From the NCBI GenBank assembly GCA_964384905.1, contig CAYLND010000004.1:1-61113 (forward strand): a stretch of DNA of 61,113 nucleotides, in the 5' to 3' direction. A program made the translations under genes and the position numbers. This DNA comes from an uncultured Acidobacteriota bacterium (GTDB lineage Bacteria; Acidobacteriota; Polarisedimenticolia; Gp22-AA2). Positions within the stretch are counted from its first letter, which is position 1. Each line of letters starts with the position of its first letter. The notes below the pieces were generated by a model. That model ran no database searches and was not told the origin of the DNA. It worked only from the letters and a program-made list of their open reading frames with translations. Below are positions 29,485 through 37,968 of the stretch, in pieces.

Positions 29485-30012
29485 TCACTTCACCGGATCC
29501 GTGGCCGGATCGACCGCCTCCACCTCCAGCGCCCCGGCTCCCTGCGCCAGCCACCGTCCGCGTATCAGGAGGGTCCGGCCCACCTTCTCTCTGAGCTCCG
29601 TCTCGGACGATCCGGCCGACCGGCCCGCGACACAGGTCAGCTCCCTGGGCGCCAGCATCCGATCGAGGACGAGCACGAGCCGGCCGTCGCGCGACCCCAG
29701 CGCACCGGTCGCGGTGAGATGGACGTTCTCGGGAACGGGGGTGAACCCGGCGTCCCTGATCACCTCGAGCATCTTCGAGGGATCGACCCAGGCCCCGGGT
29801 TGGAGGGTGACTCTCATCTCCGGTGGATCGAGAAAGAGCTTCGCGTCGGCAACGCCAGCCTGGCGTTTGAGCCCCTTGACGAGGCTGTACCCTCACGTCG
29901 CTCAGGTCGCCCCTTTCACCGCGAGACGCACCTCCCTGACGTCCGCTCCGGCCGGCGCGGCGATCAGGATCGCGAGACATAAACCCGCCATCCACTTCCT
30001 GCTCGGCATCAT
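29485..30012 (-). CDS. Exported HMA-like selenoprotein with UxxU motif and a C-terminal beta-rich domain (175 aa)
   Basis: SD GAAGGAGG and a signal peptide; EVRLAVKGAT-TGA-AT-TGA-GYSLVKGLKRQAGVADAKL continues in frame into ORF 29485..29817 (EVIRDAGF). This is the GMxCxxC pattern of HMA domains with both Cys as UGA (29902-29904 and 29893-29895). Confidence 0.85.
29851..29886 (-). promoter_or_regulatory. Two tandem candidate SECIS hairpins (UxxU gene)
   Basis: AGCCTC-GTCAA-GGGGCT (29870-29886; loop 21 nt after UGA1) and AACGCCA-GGC-TGGCGTT (29851-29867; loop 32 nt after UGA2); both loops start with G. Confidence 0.5.
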
Positions 30013-30023
30013 CGTGGCCTCCT

Positions 30024-30932
30024 TCAGAAAAACGTCTCCCATCCGGCGCGGATCTCGTAGCCGAAATCGGTCTCCCTCTCGTCCCCTCCCTTGAACAGCG
30101 GGAAGAACACTCCGACGCGGTACTGGTTCCGACCCTTGGTGATGATCGGCGTCAGGTGCAGGCCGGCCACGCGGTGAGCGTTGCCGCTGGACAGCCCGCC
30201 CTCGAGCCGGTCGCTCGCGGCCGCTTCGCCGTGCACCCCGACGGCGAGGTTGATGCCGAGGTCGTCCGCCGTGTTCGGACGCACGACCCACCGACCGTAC
30301 GACGCGTCCGCCTCCCCCATGTCGCCCTTCCTGAAGCCGTCGCCGAAATCGTGATCGTACGAGAAGCTCGCCCAGAAGGAATCGACGAGCCGCTCGCGGT
30401 CGTACGCGTAGCCCAGCCGGACCCCGTGGCGGCCGCTCCCGGGCTGGTCGCCCGGGGCCAGCCGGGCCCCGTCGGCTCCCACCCGGTCGTCCGCGCCGGT
30501 CGGGAGCTTCCAGCCGACGACGAGAGTCTGACCGGTCTGGAAGCCGGTCTCCTGATGAAGGTGGAAGCGGTACTTGGCCTCGAGGGTCGCGTCGCCGATG
30601 CCCGAAACTGTGGCGCTCTGGACGGAGCCGGCGAGGTTCTCGTCAAGGTCCATGCGGGCGACCGGGAGCGTGAGACGCACGTTCACGAAGCGGTTGATGC
30701 CGTACTGCAAGCCGAACTCCTGCTCGAGGCTGCGCATCCTCTGCTCGCCCGGATCGAGCCGGCCCCCGAGGCGGACCAGGCGGAACATGATCTCGGGGTG
30801 GATCACACCGGGGCCGAAGACGACCGGTGTCTCGCCCCAGAGCGGCTCGTGCGCCAGCGCCGGAGCGCCCGAGCCGAGGAGGATGGCCGAAGCCATCCCG
30901 ACGCAGCGCCTTCGCAGCGCGCCTGTTCTCAT
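30024..30932 (-). CDS. Outer-membrane beta-barrel protein (putative channel or transporter)
   Basis: ATGA overlap with the TlpA-like stop and a signal peptide (ALA/HEP); alternating amphipathic strands; GIGDATLEAKYRF motif; C-terminal Phe. Confidence 0.75.
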   Translation of the reverse strand: MRTGALRRRCVGMASAILLGSGAPALAHEPLWGETPVVFGPGVIHPEIMFRLVRLGGRLDPGEQRMRSLEQEFGLQYGINRFVNVRLTLPVARMDLDENLAGSVQSATVSGIGDATLEAKYRFHLHQETGFQTGQTLVVGWKLPTGADDRVGADGARLAPGDQPGSGRHGVRLGYAYDRERLVDSFWASFSYDHDFGDGFRKGDMGEADASYGRWVVRPNTADDLGINLAVGVHGEAAASDRLEGGLSSGNAHRVAGLHLTPIITKGRNQYRVGVFFPLFKGGDERETDFGYEIRAGWETFF

Positions 30933-31495
30933 GGTCGATGCTCCTGCGCTTCGAGGACCGCCCGCTCGATCTCTTTTTCCTCTCCTCTCAGGAATCCCAC
31001 GTTGGTGTAACGCACGATGCCGCGCGCGTCGATCACGATCGAGGTCGGGTGCGCCTCGAGGGCGTAAAGCGACGCGATGCGCGCGCCGGGGTCGAAGAGG
31101 ATCGTGTAGGTCGCTCCGGTCTGTCCGAGAAACTCCGTCACCTGATCGCGCGGCGGATCCATCTCGGTGATTCCGATCACCTCGAGACCGCGAGAAGAAT
31201 AGAGGCGGTGGATGCGCTCCAGCTCCGGCATCTCGATGCGGCAGGGAGGGCAGACGGGCGACCAGAAGTTCAGGAGCACGACGTGCCCCCGCAGCGACGC
31301 CAGGGACAGCCTCCGGCCGCTCAGGGTCCGGGCGGAGAACAGGGGCGCCGGCTCGCCGGGCGCAGGCGCACGTCGCCCAGGAGCCCCGCCGGACAGGCTC
31401 TCCCCACCCGCCCGGGCCATCGGGCCGATCCCGGCGATCAGCAACGCCAGCGCGGCCGCTCGATGGACACGATTCCACGATCGCTCGCCTCTCAA
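30929..31495 (-). CDS. TlpA/ResA-like thiol-disulfide oxidoreductase
   Basis: TTG start with SD GGAGGG; N-terminal hydrophobic anchor; APLFSARTLSG, LLNFWSPVCPPCRIEMPEL and cis-Pro motif HPTS. Confidence 0.9.
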   Translation of the reverse strand: MRGERSWNRVHRAAALALLIAGIGPMARAGGESLSGGAPGRRAPAPGEPAPLFSARTLSGRRLSLASLRGHVVLLNFWSPVCPPCRIEMPELERIHRLYSSRGLEVIGITEMDPPRDQVTEFLGQTGATYTILFDPGARIASLYALEAHPTSIVIDARGIVRYTNVGFLRGEEKEIERAVLEAQEHRP

Positions 31496-31580
31496 CGATC
31501 CCTCCGTGCGATGCCGGGCGCGCGCACGCGGCCGGCTCGCGATTCGATCGATCCCTCAGCTCAGGATTTCCCTGGAACGA

Positions 31581-31955
31581 CTAGGCGAGGGGCGGAGCGC
31601 GGGAAGGACGTGGGGACGGCGGCGGGCCGGGTCGCCCTCGCGCCCCTGGCGGGGCCGGCAGGACGATCGGCGGCTGCGGCACGTCGAGCGAGAGGCCCGC
31701 GGTCGCGGGAAGCCCCTCCTGATCCGGGGAGATGATCGGCTCGACCGTCGCGCGCGCCACGACCGGGGCGATCGGCCGGCAGCAGGCACGGGCCTGCGTC
31801 AGGAGAGCACCGGCCTCTGCGGCCACGCGGCCGACCGCCGACTCGGGGCGGCAGCAGGGGTCGCGGCGCGCGCAGCAGGCGGAGCGCGTCAGTGGCGCAA
31901 TCTGAAGGAGGACCGTGAGCAGGCCAAGGAGGATCGCCAGGACATGTCGCTTCAT
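31581..31955 (-). CDS. Cys-rich leader protein with C-terminal RAPP motif (DUF2946-like regulatory uORF)
   Basis: Signal-like MKRHVLAILLGLLTVLL; three CC pairs; Pro-rich tail ending SRAPPLA*; 85 nt upstream of the TlpA-like start. Confidence 0.75.
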   Translation of the reverse strand: MKRHVLAILLGLLTVLLQIAPLTRSACCARRDPCCRPESAVGRVAAEAGALLTQARACCRPIAPVVARATVEPIISPDQEGLPATAGLSLDVPQPPIVLPAPPGARGRPGPPPSPRPSRAPPLA

Positions 31956-32058
31956 GGACGCCTGCAAGGCTAGCACATCGACGCCGGTCGCGACCACCCG
32001 GCCCGGCGGTGTGATACAGTCGATTCGCTCGAAGCACGCAACGGGAGCGGTGGCGGTC

Positions 32059-33315
32059 GTGACGAAGAACCCAGCGGGCGGAGCGGCCACGCGCACGGGA
32101 GCCTGCATCGTCGGCGGCGGCCCGGCCGGATTGCTCCTGGGGCTGCTCCTCGCCAAGCGCGGCGCGGACGTGATCGTCCTCGAGGGACACGAGACCTTCG
32201 ACCGCGAGTTCCGCGGCGAGGTCCTGCAGCCGAGCACGGCGCGCCTGCTCGATCAGATCGGACTCCTCCCGTACGTCCTCGACCAGGAGCACCTGACCCT
32301 CACCGAAGGCAAGCTGCTCGTCGGCGGCGTGCCGGCGGCCGGATTCGACTTCAAGAGAGTCTCCCCCGAATACCCGTACGCCATCTGGATGCCGCAGCCG
32401 ATCTTCCTGCAGGCCCTCGTGCGGAAGGCTGGAGCGTTCAAGGGCTTCCACTGCTGGATGGGAGCGCGGGTCACCGGGCTGATCGAGGACGCCGGAGTGA
32501 TCACCGGCGTCAAGGGGGTGCGCCACGGAAACGAGCCCTTCGAGGTCCACGCCGACGTCGTGGTGGGAGCGGACGGACGGCACTCCATCGTCAGGCGGCT
32601 CGGACGCTTCGAGACGGAATACGAGCACAACGATTTCAACGTCATCTGGTTCGTCATCGCGCCGCCGCCCGGCTGGCCGAAGACGATCTATTTCGCGGTC
32701 GGGGGCACACCGGTGCTGCTCCTTCCGAAATACCCGAATCAGATCCAGGCGGGGCTCATGCTCACGGAGAGCCGCTGGAAGGAATGGAAATCGGAAGGGA
32801 TCGAGGTGGTCGCGGACAGGATCCGTCGCCTGAGCCCGCTCTTCGCCGACTTCTCCGCGAACCTGCGCGACTTCACCCCGTTCATTCCCCTGCCCGGCGT
32901 CATCCTTCTGGTCCGGGACTGGGCGAAGGACGGGTTGCTTCTCATCGGGGACGCGGCCCACACCATGAGCCCCGCCGGGGCGATCGGCGTCAACGTGGCG
33001 CTGTCGACCGCCGCGATCGCCGCCCAGGAGATCTTTCCGCGGCTCGGCAAGGGCCCGATCCTGCGCGGGGCCCTCGCGAAAGTCCAGGAGCTGCGCGAGG
33101 CGGACGTGCGGACGATGCACCGGCTGCAACGGGCGGCCGGGCGGACGCTCCTCGGCTCGGGAACCGGGAACCCGGTGCTGAAGTGGGTCGTTCCGCGCAT
33201 GCTCCCGCTCGCCGTACGCTCCGGTCTGTTCCCGAGGCTGCAGAGGCGCCTGTTCTTCGGTGTCCCCCTGCCGCCCCTCGACCCCGCCTTCAGCTTCCGA
33301 CCGGCCGCGCAGTAG
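32059..33315 (+). CDS. FAD-dependent monooxygenase (FAD_binding_3 family)
   Basis: IVGGGPAG, GADGRHS and IGDAAHTMSPAGAIG motifs; exact start uncertain. Confidence 0.88.
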   Translation: MTKNPAGGAATRTGACIVGGGPAGLLLGLLLAKRGADVIVLEGHETFDREFRGEVLQPSTARLLDQIGLLPYVLDQEHLTLTEGKLLVGGVPAAGFDFKRVSPEYPYAIWMPQPIFLQALVRKAGAFKGFHCWMGARVTGLIEDAGVITGVKGVRHGNEPFEVHADVVVGADGRHSIVRRLGRFETEYEHNDFNVIWFVIAPPPGWPKTIYFAVGGTPVLLLPKYPNQIQAGLMLTESRWKEWKSEGIEVVADRIRRLSPLFADFSANLRDFTPFIPLPGVILLVRDWAKDGLLLIGDAAHTMSPAGAIGVNVALSTAAIAAQEIFPRLGKGPILRGALAKVQELREADVRTMHRLQRAAGRTLLGSGTGNPVLKWVVPRMLPLAVRSGLFPRLQRRLFFGVPLPPLDPAFSFRPAAQ

Positions 33316-33506
33316 ACCCGCGCCCGAGCCTCTCCTCCGCCCGACGCTTCACACGATCGCGACCCGACCGTCACGAAAACTCCACCCGCACGGCCCACCG
33401 TATTCCCGCGGGGCCCGGATGATTCGGGCTCGCACGGGCGCCGAGCCGGGACTGACCCGCGTCGCGGCGACCGGCAGACAGGAGGCGATCGTGCCGAGGA
33501 GGGACC

Positions 33507-33740
33507 ATGAAGGTTGCGGATGAAGTCGCAGGAGAGGTGCTCGTGGTGCGCAATCCATTCCGATCCTGCGTCGAGGTGCATATCAAGGGGACGGCGCCGG
33601 AGGACTACCGCGTGGTCCGGCTCGCGCGCCAGGAGGCCCGCCGCCTTGCCGCGCTGATCCTGTTCCAGGCGGAGCGGCTGGAAGGGACGCGGGCGCGACG
33701 GCTGGCGACCTACGACGAGATCGAGTCCGAAAGCGCCTGA
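33507..33740 (+). CDS. Small hypothetical protein (77 aa)
   Basis: Strong SD GAGGAGGG before the ATG; protein-like composition; fills the intergenic space. Confidence 0.6.
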   Translation: MKVADEVAGEVLVVRNPFRSCVEVHIKGTAPEDYRVVRLARQEARRLAALILFQAERLEGTRARRLATYDEIESESA

Positions 33741-33824
33741 GCGACTCGGTCTCGCGCGTCCGGATCGCCCGTCACCCGCCGACCCGCTTGTTCACGCGGG
33801 TCACTTCGCGTAGGCTGGCCCGCC

Positions 33825-35039
33825 ATGACCCCCGCGCGGGCCGGCCGGAGCGCCGTCGTCTTCATCTTCGTCACCGTGCTCGTCGACAGCATCGGGCTCG
33901 GTCTCATCCTCCCCGTCCTGCCCGACCTCATCCGTGAGCTGACCGGCGAGGGACTCAGCCGCGCCTCGATCTACGGCGGCTGGCTGTGGTTCGCTTACGC
34001 GGTCATGCAGTTCTTCTGCGCGCCCGTGCTCGGCAACCTGAGCGACCGCTTCGGGCGCCGTCCGGTCATTCTCTTCTCGCTCGGGGCTCTCGGCATCGAT
34101 TACCTGATCATGGGTCTCGCGCCGACCCTCGGCTGGCTGTTCGTCGGGCGGACGATCGCCGGCATGGCGGGGGCCTCGTACACGCCCGCCTACGCCTATC
34201 TCGCCGACGTCAGCCCGCTCGAGAAACGGGCGCAGAATTTCGGGCTGATCGGCGCCGCCTTCGGTCTGGGATTCATCCTGGGTCCGGCCGCGGGCGGCCT
34301 GCTCGGGTCGCTCGGCCCCCGCGCCCCTTTTTTCGCGGCCGCGAGCCTGGCGCTGCTCAACCTGACGTTCGGCCTCATCGTTCTGCCGGAATCCCTGGCC
34401 CCCGGTTCGCGACGGCCGTTCGACGTGCGGCGGGCCAATCCGCTGGGGACGTTGCTCCAGATACGCCGCCATCCCGCCGTCATCGGACTGATGGCGGCGC
34501 TGTTCCTGTGGCAGCTCGGCCACCAGTCGCTGCCGACCACCTGGGCGTACTACACCATGTTCAGGTTCCACTGGTCGGAGGCCCAGGTCGGCGCCTCGCT
34601 GGCGTTCGTCGGCATCATCATGGCGCTCAGCACCGCCGGCATGACGCGGGTGCTCGTGCCGCGCATCGGGGAGCGCCGCGCCGCGCTCGCGGGTCTGCTG
34701 TCCGGAGCGACGGCCTACGTGGGGTACGCCCTGGCGACGCGGGGCTGGATGATGTACGCGGTGATGCTGACCTGGCTGTTCGCCGGTCTCGTCCATCCGT
34801 CGGTCATCGCCATCATGTCCAAGCAGATTCCCGCCGACGCGCAGGGCGAGCTTCAGGGTGGCGTCGCCAGTCTTTACAGCATCAGCTCGATCGTCGGACC
34901 GCCGCTGATGACCCAGCTGTTCGGCACGTTCTCCGCCGACACCGCCCCCGTCCGGCTGCCGGGGGCCGCGTTCCTCTGCGCCGCCCTCCTGGCGATCGGG
35001 TCCGCGCTCCTCCTCCTGCGCTCGATGGCGACTCGGTAA
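33825..35039 (+). CDS. TCR/Tet-family (DHA1) MFS efflux transporter
   Basis: Motif A (GNLSDRFGRRP), motif C (FGLGFILGPAAGG), 12 TMs; -10 TAGGCT 8 nt upstream. Confidence 0.9.
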   Translation: MTPARAGRSAVVFIFVTVLVDSIGLGLILPVLPDLIRELTGEGLSRASIYGGWLWFAYAVMQFFCAPVLGNLSDRFGRRPVILFSLGALGIDYLIMGLAPTLGWLFVGRTIAGMAGASYTPAYAYLADVSPLEKRAQNFGLIGAAFGLGFILGPAAGGLLGSLGPRAPFFAAASLALLNLTFGLIVLPESLAPGSRRPFDVRRANPLGTLLQIRRHPAVIGLMAALFLWQLGHQSLPTTWAYYTMFRFHWSEAQVGASLAFVGIIMALSTAGMTRVLVPRIGERRAALAGLLSGATAYVGYALATRGWMMYAVMLTWLFAGLVHPSVIAIMSKQIPADAQGELQGGVASLYSISSIVGPPLMTQLFGTFSADTAPVRLPGAAFLCAALLAIGSALLLLRSMATR

Positions 35040-35078
35040 GCCCTGCCCCGATCGGTCGATGCCTGCGGACCGCGGCGC

Positions 35079-37814
35079 TCAGCTCTGCAGGACCGCCTCG
35101 CGAACGATCGGTCGCCTCCCCAGCGACATGCGCGCTCCGTACGCCGCCAGACCGGCGGTGACCAGGACGACGAGGACGGTGTTCCCCGCGGACCAGTCCG
35201 TGAGATCGAAAGTCAGCGGATAGTAGGTCAGGAGCGTCGCCTGGAACGAGGCGATGACCGCGGTCAAGAGGCCGCCGCGGAACAGCGCGACCAGGATCAG
35301 CGTCGTCGACAGGACGAAGGCGGCCACGTGCAGGAAGGGATTGACGCCGGCGCTGTAGTCCAGCACGCAGCCGAGAGCAAGGAACGCTCCGACGGCGAGA
35401 CCCTGCCTGCGGAGCAGAAGGCGCAGGAGCAGCAGGACCACGAGAAAGAGCAGCGGGAAGAACAGGGTCGGTATCAGGTTGCCGACGAGGTTGCCCAGGG
35501 AAAAGCGCAGCCCCCGCAGGCTGATCAGCTGGAAGCCGAGGCGAGGGTCGCCCTGATCGGGACGGAGAGTCGGGAGTCCGAGCCAGCCAGTTGTCGCGAC
35601 GTAGAGCTGGTCGAGGAGCGCCAGACCGGTCCCGACGATCACCCCGAGCAGGACGTCCCGGCCGACCAGCGGATCGCGGAGGCGACCGTCCAGGACGCGC
35701 ACCCACGACACGAGCATCCGCGGCCAGAGACGCCGCGCGTAAGGTTCGAGAGCGAGATAGAAGAGCCAGACCGTGCATCCGATGAGGAGCGGCAGCGCCA
35801 GCTCCAGGAGGCAGCGTCCCATCTCGGTCACCTCCGGCACGTGGTGCGCCTTGAGCAGCCAGCCCAGGTAGTCCCCGGTCATGGCGACCAGCCCCAGTCG
35901 GGTCGCTCCCTTGCGATCGACGCGGCCGAGACGAGTGTTCCTGCGCGCGAGGAGAACGCAGGCGATCAGGGTCGACCCGACCACGACGCCGAACAACCCC
36001 CTCGAGACGGTCTCCCAGACAACCGCGGTCGGGATCTCCGTCCGATCGGCCCGCGTCCAGGGCTCGAGGATCCGGAAGAAGGTGGGCCGGCCATGGTACG
36101 ACGCCGCCTCGATCCGGATCCGCGCCTGCGGCCGGGCCGGATAGGACCCCTCCCAGGCGGTCCGGCGATCCGCGTAGCTTGGAGGGGACCAGATGGAATC
36201 GACGACGCTGAAATCGCGCGGATCCAGGCCTGCCTCGGCGAAGCAGCGCGACCAGTCGGTCTCCGGCCAGGGCCCTCGAGAGTCGTCGCGCTCCGGCGGA
36301 ACCGCCTCGAAGCGGCGGAGATTCCCGATCGGATCGAGATGGACGCCCACCATGCCGGGGAGCGTCAGCGGAGGATCCTCGTAGGACGGGCTGCGGGCCA
36401 GATCGTTCGCCGGGATCAGGTAGCGCGGACTCTGCTTGTACCAGAAGTAGATCACTCCCGGCACTTCGGCCGCGAGCCGATTCCAGCGCCCGCCGGTGCG
36501 GTCGAGCTCGACGAGGCGTCCGATACCGCCGCTGTCGACGCTGAGGCCGTACGTGCTGTCCCTGACGGTCTCGGAGTAGCCTAGGCGACGGGTGACTTCC
36601 CGCGCCCTTTCGGTCAGGACCTCGGGCGGCTTCGGGAGCGGGACGACGCGGACGAGCTGCGTCCGGGCGGAGAGGGCGACCACGACGACGAACCCCAGCA
36701 CCAACCAGCCGAGACAGACGCCGGCGACCGCCGGACGCAGGCTGCCGAACTCGCCGGCCTCGGCGACCAGGTCGGGCGAGGGCGTCTCGCCGGCGGCCAG
36801 CGCGGCCGCCAAGGGATCGCCTCCCGGCAGCGCGGTAGCGACCGCGAGGGCCGACCCGGGGCGATTGCGCGGGTCGGTCTCCAGACAGCGCAGGATTACT
36901 CTTTCGACGACCGGGTCGAACCCGTCGACGAGACCGGAGGGACTGGCGGGGGTGGTCTCCGTCTGCAGGCGTCGCAGGTCGGCGGGGGTGGCCGCCTTGA
37001 ACGCCGCGCGGCCGGTGAACAGCTCGTACAGGACGAGGCCGAGGCCGTACAGGTCGCTGCGGATCGACGCCTCCCCGCCGGCGAGCAGCTCGGGCGCCAT
37101 GTAGGCCGGCGTCCCGGCGGGCACCTCCCTGCCGTCGCCCTCTCCCAGCAGGCGGGCCAGCCCGAAGTCGGTGATGCGCGCCCGCCCGCGGCCGTCGATC
37201 ATGATGTTCGCCGGCTTGAGGTCGCGGTGGAGAACCCCCTGCTCGTGCGCCGCCGCGAGACCGGCGCAGAGCTGCCGGGCGATTTGCAGCGCCTTGTCGC
37301 GCGGCAGCCGGCCGATTCTGCGAAGGAGGGTCGCCAGGTCCTCCCCATCGACGAACTCCATGGAGATGAAGTGGCGCCCCTCGGTCTCCGCGATGTCGTA
37401 GACCCGGCAGACGCCGGGGTGCGACACCTGGCGCGCGATCTTGACCTCGTTGAGCAGTCGCGCCAGGCGGCCCGCGTCCCGGTCCACGTTCTCGGGCAGA
37501 AACTTGAGCGCCACCGCCTGCCCCAGCTTCAGATCGTCGGCGCGATAGACCTCGCCCATCCCTCCCTTGCCGATGAGACCGATGACCCGGTAGCGACCCG
37601 CCACCAGGGCGCCCGGAAGGAACCGTCCCGGGAGCGCCTCGTAAGGAGAGACGCGCGCCGCCCCCGGATCCACGACCGCGCCAGCGCTCGTGTCCGGCGG
37701 GCGCAGGGCCGTCCGGGTCGGCGACCACGACGCGGAGTCGAGCGCGGCGCCGCAGGCCGGGCAGAAGCGGCCGTCGTCGGGCGCCTCGCGCGAGCAGGAG
37801 GGGCAGCGGCGCAT
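35079..37814 (-). CDS. Membrane Ser/Thr kinase, paralogue of 17248..20016
   Basis: CPSC...CPAC; GKGGMGEVY, HRDLKPAN, DFG, APE; same polytopic C-terminus; extended -10 TGcTACCGT 8 nt before ATG 37814. Confidence 0.93.
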   Translation of the reverse strand: MRRCPSCSREAPDDGRFCPACGAALDSASWSPTRTALRPPDTSAGAVVDPGAARVSPYEALPGRFLPGALVAGRYRVIGLIGKGGMGEVYRADDLKLGQAVALKFLPENVDRDAGRLARLLNEVKIARQVSHPGVCRVYDIAETEGRHFISMEFVDGEDLATLLRRIGRLPRDKALQIARQLCAGLAAAHEQGVLHRDLKPANIMIDGRGRARITDFGLARLLGEGDGREVPAGTPAYMAPELLAGGEASIRSDLYGLGLVLYELFTGRAAFKAATPADLRRLQTETTPASPSGLVDGFDPVVERVILRCLETDPRNRPGSALAVATALPGGDPLAAALAAGETPSPDLVAEAGEFGSLRPAVAGVCLGWLVLGFVVVVALSARTQLVRVVPLPKPPEVLTERAREVTRRLGYSETVRDSTYGLSVDSGGIGRLVELDRTGGRWNRLAAEVPGVIYFWYKQSPRYLIPANDLARSPSYEDPPLTLPGMVGVHLDPIGNLRRFEAVPPERDDSRGPWPETDWSRCFAEAGLDPRDFSVVDSIWSPPSYADRRTAWEGSYPARPQARIRIEAASYHGRPTFFRILEPWTRADRTEIPTAVVWETVSRGLFGVVVGSTLIACVLLARRNTRLGRVDRKGATRLGLVAMTGDYLGWLLKAHHVPEVTEMGRCLLELALPLLIGCTVWLFYLALEPYARRLWPRMLVSWVRVLDGRLRDPLVGRDVLLGVIVGTGLALLDQLYVATTGWLGLPTLRPDQGDPRLGFQLISLRGLRFSLGNLVGNLIPTLFFPLLFLVVLLLLRLLLRRQGLAVGAFLALGCVLDYSAGVNPFLHVAAFVLSTTLILVALFRGGLLTAVIASFQATLLTYYPLTFDLTDWSAGNTVLVVLVTAGLAAYGARMSLGRRPIVREAVLQS

Positions 37815-37968
37815 GATCCGGGACGGTAGCACTCTTGCCGCGACGATGGAAGGGGCGGCGCGGGCGTATACTGTGGCCACTGAGCCGTCTTTGCTGGAAC
37901 CCGCCTGGTCGAGACGCCCGGCCGTCGGGGGAGCGGTCGAGGCCCGGCAACTCGAGGAGACAGCATCC

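Noticed and set aside
29485-29487. Further readthrough of the terminal TGA of the UxxU gene
   Set aside because: It is not at a Cys-type motif, the downstream translation is not protein-like, and a promoter-like sequence follows.
28901-30012. UGA reassigned to Trp or Gly (alternative genetic code) as the explanation for the in-frame TGAs
   Set aside because: TGA is plainly used as a stop across the window (many ATGA/GTGA overlaps, family-typical C-termini), and TGG-encoded Trp is abundant.
29030-30291. ORFs 29030..29995, 29485..29817 and 29902..30291 as listed
   Set aside because: They are artefacts of treating Sec codons as stops and extending to spurious starts; replaced by 28901..29377 and 29485..30012.
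31956-32237. N-terminal extension of the RAPP leader ORF
   Set aside because: It overlaps the divergent monooxygenase; ATG 31955 gives a clean signal peptide and has a -10-like element just upstream.
33825-35039. Acquired tetracycline-resistance gene
   Set aside because: The family motifs fit DHA1/Tet-like MFS, but there is no tetR or mobile context and the GC content looks native; substrate unknown.
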